A DNA stretch of 64,000 nt, from the NCBI RefSeq assembly GCF_001194135.2, contig NC_069009.1:3544879-3608878 (forward strand), given 5' to 3'. The translations under genes and the position numbers were made by a program. Under the pieces are notes generated by a model, which saw only the letters and a program-made list of their open reading frames with translations, made no database searches and had not been told where the DNA came from. Source of the stretch: Octopus bimaculoides. Its lineage: Eukaryota. This document shows positions 1-13,110 of this stretch, one piece after another (positions within the stretch are counted from its first letter, which is position 1; the number at the start of each line of letters is the position of its first letter).

Positions 1-178
1 ATTTATTCCCACTTAAACGTGGGTGTTCTGTTAGAACAAGCTATACTGCGGTAGTTACCACGAGAGAACCTCTCATAATGGTTTTTTTGGTGCAAAATAT
101 ATTCTTGTTTATATTCCAAGCAGGGAGATAAATCCCTGCTACCTCCAGCATTGTGATTATCAGATAATATGGTTCTAC

Positions 179-242
179 CTTATTTGGTCTTATCAATGAT
201 GGACACTGAACTGCTAAAGGCAGCAGCAATTCATCTTCCCAC
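179..242 (-). CDS. Candidate internal coding exon of an unidentified host gene (WEDELLLPLAVQCPSLIRPNK)
   Basis: Non-repeat sequence. Minus-strand acceptor gtcgttctatacattgcag|G and donor AAG|gtagaa enclose 64 nt that are open in one frame. No homolog recognised. Confidence 0.4.
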
Positions 243-334
243 CTGCAATGTATAGAACGACAGGACTGAACAGGCACTGGCGTCGCAATTGGCCAGTGAA
301 CTTGTTAAAAAATATTTATTAGCTACAGAAGAAG

Positions 335-809
<475 letters not shown>

Positions 810-811
810 TA

Positions 812-1175
812 TATAAGGGGACACCGAAATCTTTTAAGTGCTTAGGGCCTCTATGAGCCTTAAACTGGCTCTGACCTTACATAATATACTTCTAGGTACA
901 GTATGAGTAAATGGTTTACAGCACAAAAGAAATCACTTTAAACTTGTTAAAATAATATTCAGAGTGGTTTATACGATCAGAAATATAATTTTGAATGTTC
1001 ATTGTGTTATAATGAAGATCTGATCAAAGACTTTGCAATTAAAAAATGTTTTGCTTCATTTTGAAAAATAAAAGTTTATTTTATAGTTTATTATTGCTTA
1101 TACTTTGACCTACATATATATAAGGGCACCAAAATCTTTTAAGTTCTAAGGACCTCTTTGGGTCTTAACTTGATC
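812..1175. repeat. Unclassified dispersed repeat, internally duplicated; second copy at about 25730-26260
   Basis: Blocks such as gggcacc(g/a)aa..tcttttaagt..ttagggcctctatg..cttaaactggc and cacaaaagaaatcactt recur here and at 25.7-26.3 kb. Confidence 0.6.
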
Positions 1176-1995
1176 CTGAATCTACCAATATTTCTCTTCA
1201 GTAGCCTCTCAAAGAGAGAAATTGTAAGATTTATTGGAAACATTTCCAAATTATAATTACAGCTATGTACAGTACATGTAGGAGGTAGATATGTAGTATG
1301 AAATGAAATCAGATTTTGGAAACAAAAGTAGGTCAAATTCGGAGAATTTAAACAAATGCCAGTCAAAGTTTACTGCAAATTGTGCTAACAAAGACAACTA
1401 TTTTGATACTAATGGAATGATAATCATAATAAAACAATGTGTATGTGTGTGTGTGTGTATGTGTAACAAAACAGGATGTTGGAAAATTTTTGGGGAATTA
1501 TTTCTACACCATTACACATGTTTCATTTACTAATAGGAATTACAAAGTTTTACATGTTAGATAGACAGGAAAGGAATTACCTATTAGAATTTCATCAGAC
1601 AGAGAAATCAAATAATACGAAATTTAGATTTTGGTAAAGTGTTTATGTATAGTTTGTAATCAATGATTGGGGTAAAGAAAAAAACGTTTCTTCAACATGT
1701 ACTACTTTGTGATTCATATTAGCAAACGAAACATGTGTAATGGTGAATAAATAATAACCTCACAAAATTTTCCAACTTTGTGTTTTGTTATATTCTTTTA
1801 TTCTTTTACTTGTTTCAGTCATTTGACTGCAGCCATGCTGGAGCACCGCCTTTAGTCGAGCAAATCGACCCCCAGGACTTACTCTTTGTAAGCCTACTAT
1901 TTATTCTATCAGTCTCTTTTTGCTGAAACGTTAAGTGACGGGGATGTAGACACACCAACATTAGTTGTCAAGTGATGGTGGGGAGACAAACACAG

Positions 1996-2236
1996 GTTGC
2001 AATCTGATCTGGCAGCGTTTCTACAGCTGGATGCCCTTCCTAACGCCAACCACTCCAAGAGTGTAGTGGGTGCTTTTACATGCCACCAGCACGAGGGCCA
2101 GTCGGGCAGGTACTGGCAATGGCCACATTCAGATGGTGTTTTTATGTGTCACCTGCACAGGAGCCAGTCCAGCGGCACTGGCAATGCCCTCGCTCGAATG
2201 TTGTTTTCAACGTACCACCGGCACAAGTGCCAGGAA
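1996..2236 (-). mobile_element. RTE-like LINE 3' UTR fragment
   Basis: Matches the sequence downstream of the RT-encoding fragment at 33681-34361 (tctacagctggatgcccttcctaacgccaaccac). Confidence 0.8.
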
Positions 2237-2275
2237 GTATATATTTATATATATATATATATATATATATACATA

Positions 2276-2390
2276 CAGGGTGTCCACAAAGTCTGGGTAC
2301 ATGGGGATTAACACATACTTTAAGAAATTATTATTTCTTATATTTAATTGTTTATGATATGATTTCATTTACTCCATGTACCCAGACCTT
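2276..2390. mobile_element. Tc1/mariner-type MITE inserted in (TA)n
   Basis: TA then CAGGGTGTCCACAAAGTCTGGGTACATGG; the inverted end CCATGTACCCAGACCTT at 2374-2390 runs into a gap. Confidence 0.7.
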
Positions 2391-2711
2391 NNNNNNNNNN
2401 NNNNNNNNNNNNNNNNNNNNNNNNNNNNNNNNNNNNNNNNNNNNNNNNNNNNNNNNNNNNNNNNNNNNNNNNNNNNNNNNNNNNNNNNNNNNNNNNNNNN
2501 NNNNNNNNNNNNNNNNNNNNNNNNNNNNNNNNNNNNNNNNNNNNNNNNNNNNNNNNNNNNNNNNNNNNNNNNNNNNNNNNNNNNNNNNNNNNNNNNNNNN
2601 NNNNNNNNNNNNNNNNNNNNNNNNNNNNNNNNNNNNNNNNNNNNNNNNNNNNNNNNNNNNNATATATATGTATATATATATATATATATACATATATATA
2701 TAATATATACA

Positions 2712-2990
2712 ATTGCAGCGTGGAAGGTGTTTATAAGCCATTTACAAACACAAAAACTGTTAGATTCACTTCAACATTTAAATATAATTTGTCAAAATAT
2801 TTTCGTCGCTTTGAGACCGCAACCTGTTCACTGACAAAGTGCAGGAGATGCAGCACGGAATTTTATCAGTGAACAGGCCGCAGTCTCAAACCGACGAAAA
2901 TATTTTGGCAAATGACATTTAAATGTTGAAGTGAACCTAACAGTTTTTGAGTATTTTTAAATGGCTTATAAACACCTTCCATGCTGCAAT
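2712..2990. mobile_element. Long near-perfect inverted repeat (MITE or foldback-like)
   Basis: About 125-bp arms (attgcagcgtggaaggtgtttataagcc... / ...ggcttataaacaccttccatgctgcaat) around a short spacer. Confidence 0.75.
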
Positions 2991-3622
2991 AGTTTTTGTT
3001 TCAGCACTCGATCTCAGATCAGGTCGCTTCCTATGCAAGTACATCTCCATAATATATATATATCCTATATATATAAACTGAAAAATGGTGCTCTCTAAAA
3101 TATCTTTTAAGCAGTTAATATTTTATGCTGTCATTGGTTTCGACTTGGTTAATAAACTACCATTGGTTTCATATTTATTATTGTTTTTTATCTGTATAGG
3201 TGAGTCATCAGACCTGCTGACCGGAGGCACATAAGCTCTTCACTAACAGAAGTAAGAATACAGTTTTGGTCAGTAAGGTTATAAATAAAATCCTGATAGA
3301 AAGTTCTTTGAAACAGAAGCCCGACTGGTAGAGATAGAGTTATCTCCCATTGAACAGTCTAGTTGTATCTGACCCTTTTCAAAACAGGTGAGCTAGAGGG
3401 CTGTGCCGGGTTCTGTCTCTGCTTTGGCATGGTTTTTATAGCTGGATGCCCTTACTAACACCAACCACACACTCACACATACCCCCCCCCCATATTCTTT
3501 TATTCCTTTTCTTGTTTCAGTCATTTTACTGCAGCCATGCTGGGGCACTACCTTAACCCTGGTACTTATTTCTTAAGCCTAGCACTTTTTTCTATCAGCA
3601 TGTTTTGATAATCCCCTCTTTC

Positions 3623-3959
3623 AACAGCAAGGGCATTATCTATAATTCCCGGACTCCCTCTGGCCAGATGGTCAACAAAGTGTACCTTGTGAAGGTTTCG
3701 AGTGAGTTCAGATAGAGATTTTATCATAGAAGGCCAAAGCTACTGGACCAGGACAATGCACTCGTCCACAATTTCACCATAGTAACCAACTATGACAGAG
3801 ATGGGCTTCACTCTCCGTACAGTCCAGACCTTGTCCCCTGTGCCTTTTGGTTATTTGCCAAGCTGAAGGAGTCTGTAATCCTTGTCTTTGGAGGGCTTCC
3901 ATGAGGCCTTCACAAAATGGTTGGAGCACTATGAGTGTTTTGAAGTCAGAGAATCTTAA
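3623..3959 (+). pseudogene. Degenerate mariner transposase, catalytic C-terminal part
   Basis: Manual translation: NSKGIIY...GQMVNKVY...LDQDNALVH...HSPYSPDLVPCAFWLFAKLKES, frameshift, EGFHEAFTKWLEHYECFE. Matches mariner HxDNAxxH and YSPDLAPxD motifs; internal stop and frameshift present. Confidence 0.9.
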
Positions 3960-4369
3960 AAGTGATTAGAGTTTTGTACTTTTTGAAATTAATAAATGTG
4001 TAAGAGGTAAATTTGGTTGGCACTGGAAGGGTGCCACATAATTCCTTACATAAATGTTGGAGGAAAAATATCGGAACAAGAAAACATCCGAACATAAAAA
4101 CAACAATCCTTTTATTTTGTATGTACAAAATATTTACACCTTGGAACAATCAGTAGCCAGGTCTGGTGTGGAAACAGCCAAGTCGGAATTAATCATATTT
4201 TTTGTGAAGGCTTTCTTCACAGAACTCCTGCTACAATGGAGCTGGTCAAATACCGAGCGTCCAGGTCAGCAGCAGAGGCAAACAGGGAGCTGCTAAGGAC
4301 ACATGTACATAGTTCAGCGGTTGTGTCTCGAGTCCGAGATACATGAGAATTTTGCTGCTGCTAGTTTTC

Positions 4370-4457
4370 TGTGCATGCGCATGAGGGAACTTCCGGCAGG
4401 CCTTCCAGAAGATTCCAACCCTGCGCATGCATGCTGAAGACCCTCAAGATGACGTCA
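4370..4457. promoter_or_regulatory. Cluster of NRF1-like, ETS and CRE motifs
   Basis: TGTGCATGCGCA 4370-4381, ACTTCCGG 4389-4396, TGCGCATGC 4422-4430, TGACGTCA 4450-4457. Function not shown. Confidence 0.3.
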
Positions 4458-4764
4458 CTACAAATGTCTTTCCTGCAAAAGTCTTAGAATATCCTCCAGA
4501 ATGCATTTTGTTGCTACTTATTGGTTAAATTTTTCATGATATCATCACTCAATCTGAGAGATTTTATTTCTGTCAAAGAAGACCTTCTCTTGGAAAAACA
4601 AAGATTCCAGGTTCAAGCTGAGGGGAAGAAATGCCACACTTCTTCAGCAGAGTCATGTTTTAAAGTATACTTATAAATGGGTTGGATATTTATCCAGCAT
4701 AATATTATAATGGTTATATTAAATTGTGTAAGTAAAGTATTTACACACACACACACACACATAC

Positions 4765-4990
4765 ACACATCATCATCTTCATCATTTAATATCCATTGTC
4801 CTTGCTGGCATGGGTTGGACAGTTTGACCAGGGCTGGCCAGCTGGAGAGCCGCACCAGGTTCCAGTCTGATGTGGCAGGGTTTCTACACCTGGATGCCCT
4901 TCCTAACGGCAACCACTTTACTGAGTGTGCTCGGTGCTTTTATGTGGCACCAAATGAGCACTCCCTCGTTGTGCCACATGGGTGCATTTA
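4765..4990 (-). mobile_element. RTE-like LINE 3' end (diverged)
   Basis: (CAT)n tail followed by tttaatatcc...gctggcatgggttgg...ggatgcccttcctaacggcaaccac. Confidence 0.75.
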
Positions 4991-5009
4991 CATAGCATTA
5001 CATGGGTGC

Positions 5010-5633
5010 TTTTACATATATACACACACACACACATTTTCACACACCACACATATATACGTTTTCACACACTTACACACACACACACATTTTCACACAG
5101 ACACATATGTACACACATTTTCACATACACACACATACACACATTTTTACACACACAAACATACACACACAATATACATATATTTTCACACAGTCACACA
5201 CACACACATACATACATTATCTCACATGCACACACACATTTTCACACACACACACAAACACACGCACACACACATACACATACACATACATACATTATCT
5301 CACATACACACACATACACACATTTTTACACATACAAACACACACACACACACACAATATACATATATTTTCACACAGCCACACACACATACACATACAT
5401 ACGTTATCTCTCTCTCTCACACACACTCACACCTATCCAAAACAGTCAAACATTGTTAAAAAAAAGTGGGTTTGTATCCCCACCGCCCCGCCCATGACAC
5501 TGCCCTCAATCTCTTTCCATTGTTATTCACAGACAATTCTTGGTAAACACTTGAACTCAGTTGATATTTTAGTATTTCCATTTCATCGCATTCATGTTTC
5601 TCCATTCTTAGAATATATATTTCATCATTGCCC

Positions 5634-5686
<53 letters not shown>

Positions 5687-5800
5687 GCCATCATCACAAT
5701 CACCATCATTGTCACCATTATCGTCATCGTCATCATCATCATCATAGACTTCATCACACCATCATCATCATCTTCATCATCATTATCATTGTTGTAGTAG
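5010..5800. repeat. Compound (CA)-rich and (CAT)n simple repeats
   Basis: Visible directly; the source of spurious His/Thr-rich ORFs. Confidence 0.95.
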
Positions 5801-5832
5801 GAGTAGACAACCACCATATACACATACACATA

Positions 5833-6053
5833 TGGCAGAAACGTTAGCACACCGGGCGAAATGCTTAGCGGTATTTCGTCTGCCCGCTACGTTCTGAGTT
5901 CAAATTCCGCCGAGGTCGACTTTGCCTTTCATCCTTTCGGGGTCGATTAAATAAGTACCGGTTACGCACTGGGGTCGGTATAATCGACTTAATCCGTTTG
6001 TCTGTCCTTGTTTGTCCCCTCTGTGTGTAGCCCCTTGTGGGTAGTAAAGAAAT
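5833..6053 (+). mobile_element. tRNA-derived SINE family B
   Basis: Head (tggcagaaacgttagc...gagttcaaattcc), core gactttgcctttcatcctttcggggtcgattaaataagtacc, tail ...aaagaaata. Further copies at about 10.4, 24.4-24.7, 26.7, 28.4, 50.3-50.6 and 59.3 kb. Confidence 0.85.
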
Positions 6054-6233
6054 AACACATATATAAATATATATACATTCTTTATAGGCTTGATACTTAT
6101 TCTATCGGTTACTTTTGCTGAACTGCTAAGTTACGAGGACATAAACTCACCAACATTGGTTGTCAAGTGGTGGTGGCGGGACAAACACAGACACAAAGAC
6201 ACACACACATAAATATATATACATATATATGTG

Positions 6234-6276
<43 letters not shown>

Positions 6277-6901
6277 NNNNNNNNNNNNNNNNNNNNNNNN
6301 NNNNNNNNNNNNNNNNNNNNNNNNNNNNNNNNNNNNNNNNNNNNNNNNNNNNNNNNNNNNNNNNNNNNNNNNNNNNNNNNNNNNNNNNNNNNNNNNNNNN
6401 NNNNNNNNNNNNNNNNNNNNNNNNNNNNNNNNNNNNNNNNNNNNNNNNNNNNNNNNNNNNNNNNNNNNNNNNNNNNNNNNNNNNNNNNNNNNNNNNNNNN
6501 NNNNNNNNNNNNNNNNNNNNNNNNNNNNNNNNNNNNNNNNNNNNNNNNNNNNNNNNNNNNNNNNNNNNNNNNNNNNNNNNNNNNNNNNNNNNNNNNNNNN
6601 NNNNNNNNNNNNNNNNNNNNNNNNNNNNNNNNNNNNNNNNNNNNNNNNNNNNNNNNNNNNNNNNNNNNNNNNNNNNNNNNNNNNNNNATATATATATATA
6701 TATATATATAGCCATGATAGATCGCTAGCCACTACACATTCTTCATTTTCTCTCCTTGTTTCTTTCTATGTTCCTTTCTGTGGAAGTGCATAGGCTCAAA
6801 ATGTTAAAAACTTTTTCACTTCCCGAGCGTTATACTAATACATCTGTTTGTTTTCTACACCACCTGTCTTCGTCTTGTTTTTTTTTGCGAATTCTCCCTA
6901 T

Positions 6902-6941
<40 letters not shown>

Positions 6942-7869
6942 ATATATATACTATGGGCTTCTTTCAGTTTCCATCTACCAAATCCACTCACAAGGCTTTG
7001 GTTGGTCTGAGAGTATAGTAGAAAAACTTGACTAATGTGTCATACAGTGTGTGTGTGTGTGTGTGTGTGTGTGATTGGGTTTATGTTTGTTCTCCACCAC
7101 AGCTTGGTAACTGGTGCTGGTTTGTTTATATCCATGTTACTAAGCAGTTAATTGAATTAACTTGAAAAAAACATAATGGCGTCAAGGCAGTGCCCCTGCA
7201 TGGCTGCAAACAAATGGCTGAAACACATAAAACGATATCCTTCCTGTCACCAACCAAGACCGGTAATAGTTACTCGACCATGAACAGCTCATTAACTGGA
7301 AACACTTGTCATGGAAGAGAGCAGACAAATGACAAGATTTTGTTTGGTTGATTGAATGGGAGATATTGTTTAGAGTCAGAGCAAAAATGTTAAGAAAGAG
7401 AGAGAGAGACACACACACACACGCACACACACACACGCACACACACACACAGATATACAGACACACACACACACGCACACACACACACACACATGCACAC
7501 ACACGCACATAGTTGCTTGTGTACACACATACACCCTCAAACACATGTCATACACAGATACACGCAAACACACACACTCACATATACACACGCTAATACT
7601 CATGCCACACATACATATTTATATACACTCACACACATCTATGCACACACTCTTTCTCATACTCTCGCAACACACACACACTCTTACATACAGAGCTACA
7701 TGCATGTATACACAAACACACACTCTTACAAACACATGCACACATACATGCACACATATATATCGGCCAAAACAACTGTAGTAGTTAATAAACATTCTTG
7801 TGTCTTCCATCTCTCTCATTAATGAAGTATATATATATATACATACATACTTATTTACACATACATAGA

Positions 7870-8900
7870 AACACACACACATACACACATTCTCACACAC
7901 TCACAACATGTACATATACACACACGTTTCCAAACATATAAACACACGCATAGAAACACACACACACACACACACTCTCACAACATGTACATATACACAC
8001 GTTTCCAAACATATAAACACACACATAGAAACACACACACACACACATTCTCACACACTCACAACATGTACATATACACACACGTTTCCAAACATATAAA
8101 CACACATAGAAACACACACACATACACACATTCTCACACACTCACATGTACATATACACACACGTTTCCAAACATATAAACACACACATAGAAACAAAGA
8201 CCTCACATTCTCACACTCTCACAACATGTACATACACATACATGTTTACAAACATATAAACACACACATAGAAACACGCACACAGAAACACACACATACA
8301 CACACATTCTCACACTCTCACAACATGTACATATACACACATGTTTACAAACATATAAACACACATNNNNNNNNNNNNNNNNNNNNNNNNNNNNNNNNNN
8401 NNNNNNNNNNNNNNNNNNNNNNNNNNNNNNNNNNNNNNNNNNNNNNNNNNNNNNNNNNNNNNNNNNNNNNNNNNNNNNNNNNNNNNNNNNNNNNNNNNNN
8501 NNNNNNNNNNNNNNNNNNNNNNNNNNNNNNNNNNNNNNNNNNNNNNNNNNNNNNCACATGTACATATACACACACGTTTCCAAACATATAAACACACACA
8601 TAGAAACAAAGACCTCACATTCTCACACTCTCACAACATGTACATACACATACATGTTTACAAACATATAAACACACACATAGAAACACGCACATAGAAA
8701 CACACACATACACACACATTCTCACACTCTCACAACATGTACATATACACACACGTTTCCAAACATATAAACACACACATAGAAACACACACTCACACAT
8801 ACACACACATTCTCACACTCTCACAACATGTACATATACACACATGTTTACAAACATATAAACACACATATAGAAACACACACACATTCTCTCACTCTCA
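7870..8900. repeat. (CA)-derived minisatellite of about 70-80 bp
   Basis: Recurrent unit cacattctcacacactcacaacatgtacatatacacacacgtttccaaacatataaacacacatagaaac, partly duplicated across a gap. Confidence 0.85.
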
Positions 8901-9424
8901 CAACATGTACATACACACTCACGCTTACAAACATAAATAGACACACATATACACGCATACACACACAAACATACAAATACACACACAAACACACATATCT
9001 ACACACAATATACACACACAAACACACACAATATACACAAATATATATATGGAGAGAGAAAGTGAGGGGATTAGGAGACTGAAGCCGACACACCAAACAT
9101 AATTCAAAGCCTTGATGTTTGCAGATCAATATTGAGCTATTGATACGAGCTCAGTTTGATATCGAAGACACTGTTCCAATTCTAAATATATCGACGCTAA
9201 ATATAAAGTCTTGGGATATGGTTTATTTCTTGAACACAGAATGGAGGTGTCGCTGTACATCATCAGTTTTTGCATTTGTGATGAGATGTATCCATGTGTG
9301 TGTGTGTGTGTGTGTGAATTTTGAATTCCACTTGTGTTATTCTTTACATATGCGACACATGGAACCAACCCTGGGTCGGATCCACAGTTTGTGTTGTATT
9401 GGGTTCCTATATGTATGTGTTGTG

Positions 9425-9710
9425 TGTTGGCACTCTGTCGCTTACGACATCGAAGGTTCCAGTTGATCCGATCAACGGAACAGCCTGCTTGTGAAATTAA
9501 CGTGCAAGTGGCTGAGCACTCCACAGACATGCGTACCCTTAATGTAGTTCTCAGGGATATTCAGCGTGACACAGTGTGACAAGGCTGACCCTTTGAATTA
9601 CAGACACAACAGAAATGGGAAGTAAGAGGGAGAGAAAGTTGTGGTGAAAGAGTACAGCAGGGTTCACCACCATCCCCTGCCGGAGCCTCGTGGAGCTTTT
9701 AGGTGTTTTC
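9425..9710 (-). mobile_element. tRNA-derived SINE family C, 3' part
   Basis: Near-identical to 11843-12221; truncated by a gap. Confidence 0.9.
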
Positions 9711-9900
9711 NNNNNNNNNNNNNNNNNNNNNNNNNNNNNNNNNNNNNNNNNNNNNNNNNNNNNNNNNNNNNNNNNNNNNNNNNNNNNNNNNNNNNNNNNN
9801 NNNNNNNNNNNNNNNNNNNNNNNNNNNNNNNNNNNNNNNNNNNNNNNNNNNNNNNNNNNNNNNNNNNNNNNNNNNNNNNNNNNNNNNNNNNNNNNNNNNN

Positions 9901-10173
9901 GTTGGATGGTTTGACTGAGGACTGGCGAACCAGATGGCTGCACCAGGCTCCAATCTGATCTGGCAGAGTTTCTACAGCTGGATGCGCTTCCTAACACCAA
10001 CCACTCAGAGAGTGTAGTGGGTGCTACTACACTCTCGGAGTGGTTGGCATTAGAAAGGGTATCCAGCTGTAGAAACTCTGCCAGATCAGATTGGAGCCTG
10101 GTGCAGCCATCTGGTTCGCCAGTCCTCAGTCAGATTATCCAACCCATGCCAGCATAGAAAGCGGACGCTAAAC

Positions 10174-10219
<46 letters not shown>
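9901..10219. mobile_element. Two RTE 3' ends joined head-to-head
   Basis: 9901-10018 is the reverse complement of 10026-10143 with a 7-nt spacer; the right copy ends in (GAT)n. Confidence 0.85.
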
Positions 10220-10909
10220 TTGACTTTGCCTTTCATCTTTTTAGGGCCTTCCATGTTTTCAATCTACTTCTTGAACACTGGGGTTGATGTAATTGGTTTT
10301 GCCCCTCCCAACCAAATTTCAGGCCTTGTTCTTACAATAGAAACGATTATTATTATTATTATTATTATTAAGGCAGTGAGCTGGTTGAGTTGTTAACATG
10401 CTGGGTAAAATGCTTAACTGCCTTTTATTGATCCTTAAGTTCTGGGTCCAAGTTCCACCAAGGTCCACTTTGCTTTCATCTTTTCAGGGTCGATAGAATA
10501 AAGTACTGCTTGAACACTGGGGTCAATGCAATCAACTTAGCCCCTCCTATCAAATTACTGGTTTGGTGCCCAAATTTGAACCCAGTATTTAATTATAAAA
10601 ATATAATAGGATTTTTTGAACATAGAGGGATTATGAGGGTCCACCTGAGTAAAATAGGAACTAAAGGGGTTTATAGGAGGAAAATGGTTCAGAAACACTG
10701 GTCTATAGATTAGTGAAGGACATCGTTGGTCATCCTCGCATTTGACCATAGTTTACAACGTAAATTCTTTCCTTCCTGTGCTAATTTCAATGTGGCTTGC
10801 AATAATAGACTCCCCTCGTTTAGATGTTATAACAAAGCTTAATTATAATAATTTGTTTGTCTAAAGAGATGTAGAGACATGTTGGCATTTTGCCTGGTAT
10901 TATATAAAT

Positions 10910-10958
<49 letters not shown>

Positions 10959-11060
10959 NNNNNNNNNNNNNNNNNNNNNNNNNNNNNNNNNNNNNNNNNN
11001 NNNNNNNNNNNNNNNNNNNNNNNNNNNNNNNNNNNNNNNNNNNNNNNNNNNNNNNNNNNN

Positions 11061-11104
<44 letters not shown>

Positions 11105-11499
11105 TGTATGTGTGTGCATGTGTATGTATATGTATACATGTATATACATATGTACATACACACACAGACATATATATGTATGTATATAAATGAATCTATA
11201 CATTTGTGCATATATTTGTGTATTTGTGTGTGTGCTTATACATACATACATACATATATGTATATATACATAGATATATGTATGTATGTATGCATGTATG
11301 TAAATATANNNNNNNNNNATATATATGGTAATAGGGAGAGAAAGAGAGAGAACAAAATAGAGAAAGAGAGAGAGAGAGAGAACTGGTCAAATGATACAAA
11401 TAGATAGAAAGGTAGACAGATAGATAGACAGACTGATAGATAAACAGACAGACACACATAGATAATTAGAAAGATAGATGGATAGAAAAATAGACAGAC

Positions 11500-11541
<42 letters not shown>

Positions 11542-11842
11542 TCAAAAATATACAATTGTAAACTATATTTCATTTATTGACTATATGAAAATAAAATGTA
11601 CTTAAAAATTTCCTGTCATTTAATTTATTTATAACCATGGACTAAAACTTGATATGTCACACAATATTCAGACGCCTGCTCTTAGGCTGGTTGATCAATA
11701 TTGAACTGGAGACACTGACATAGTTTGATATGCCGTGCAGCATCCAGAGACTTTAAATGCAATGATTCCAAATACAACTTGTTTATATACTGCCTTGATC
11801 TGTGCAAAATAACATCTCATTTAAACAATCTTCAGCTTTATG

Positions 11843-12221
11843 TTGTTGTTGTTGTTGGCACTCCGTCGCTTACGACGTCGAGGGTTCCAGTTGATCCGAT
11901 CAACGGAACAGCCTGCTTGTGAAATTAACGTGCAAGTGGCTGAGCACTCCACAGACACGTGTACCCTAAACGTAGTTCTCGGGGATATTCAGCGTGACAC
12001 AGTGTGACAAGGCTGACCCTTTGAATTACAGGCACAACAGAAACAGGAAGTAAGAGTGAGAGAAAGAGTACAGCAGGGTTCACCACCATCTCCCTGCCGG
12101 AGCCTCGTGGAGCTTTAGGTGTTTTCGCTCAATAAACACTCACAACGCCCGGTCTGAGAATCGAAACCGCGATCCAATGACCGCGAGTCCGCTGCCCTAA
12201 CCACTGGGCCATTGCGCCTCC
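11843..12221 (-). mobile_element. Full-length SINE family C with 11-bp TSD
   Basis: Head GGAGGCGCAATGGCCCAGTGGTTAGGGCAGCGG...GGTTTCGATTCTC, (AAC)n tail, TSD TCAGCTTTATG at 11832-11842 and 12222-12232. CpG-rich, so probably young. Confidence 0.95.
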
Positions 12222-12746
12222 TCAGCTTTATGATGCCCTAGTTTCGCATAGTTTAACACTTTTGTTACTCAATTTCTGTATAAAAACAATTAGTTTCAAT
12301 CAAAAGCGGTGTTTTGGAATTTATAGGCGCAGATGTGGCTGTGTTGAAGGAAGTTTGCTTCTCAAACACATGGTTCTGGGTTCAGTCCCACTGCGTGGCA
12401 CCATGGGCAAGTGTCTTCTACCATAGCCTCAGGCTGACCAAAGCCTCGTGAGTGGACTTACCAGATGGAAACTGAAAGAAGCCTGATCTATACATGTATA
12501 TATATGAGCCTACGGAATCAGCAGAAACTGACTGATCAGTATCAGGAATTCTTGTGCTTTTGGGTGATTACAATCTCTCTCACTCCTTATTTATACAATT
12601 ATCTGCTTTAACTACAGCATTAAAGCTATTTAGCTCTTATTTCTAGCAATGTAGGTGTTCAAACACCCTAATTATATTTAGTGACAATTATAGTTTTCCT
12701 TTTTGGTAAAACATTGTACACAGCTGTCTATATTAATTTATTATTG

Positions 12747-12780
<34 letters not shown>

Positions 12781-12782
<2 letters not shown>

Positions 12783-13110
12783 CAATAAGAAAATGGAGGG
12801 GAATATGAGGTACTCATCAACTTACAGACACTGTATTCTGTTGATTAATCTAATTATTTTATAACCAAAATGACAATAAAGACAATATACAGACACTTAT
12901 GACATACCATGTCATATCAACAATTACGATTTCAAATTTCAAGGACATCTAGCAATTGGGGAAGGGACAAAATCTTACAGCTGTTTCGGCCTAGCGTTGG
13001 CATGCCCCATTCTATCTCTAAAGCTCCAGTGCACTAGAATAATTGGTAGATGAAAAGGATGTAATGGGGGTACATGCATGATTCACTAGGCCTCTTCAGA
13101 GATTTACAAA
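12781..13110 (-). mobile_element. Putative Penelope-like pseudo-LTR fragment
   Basis: Abuts a (TA)n tract and contains a minimal hammerhead. No RT or GIY-YIG coding sequence visible, so the class is inferred. Confidence 0.55.
12970..13105 (-). ncRNA. Type I hammerhead ribozyme with 87-nt loop II
   Basis: AAAUCU-CUGAAGA-GGCCUAGUG...CGCUAGGCC-GAA-ACAGCUGU-A-AGAUUU: 6-bp stem I, 9-bp stem II, palindromic stem III, GUA triplet. Confidence 0.85.

Noticed and set aside
3150-3216. Minus-strand CUGAUGA...GAAACCAAUGGUA
   Set aside because: No stem II and a poor stem I.
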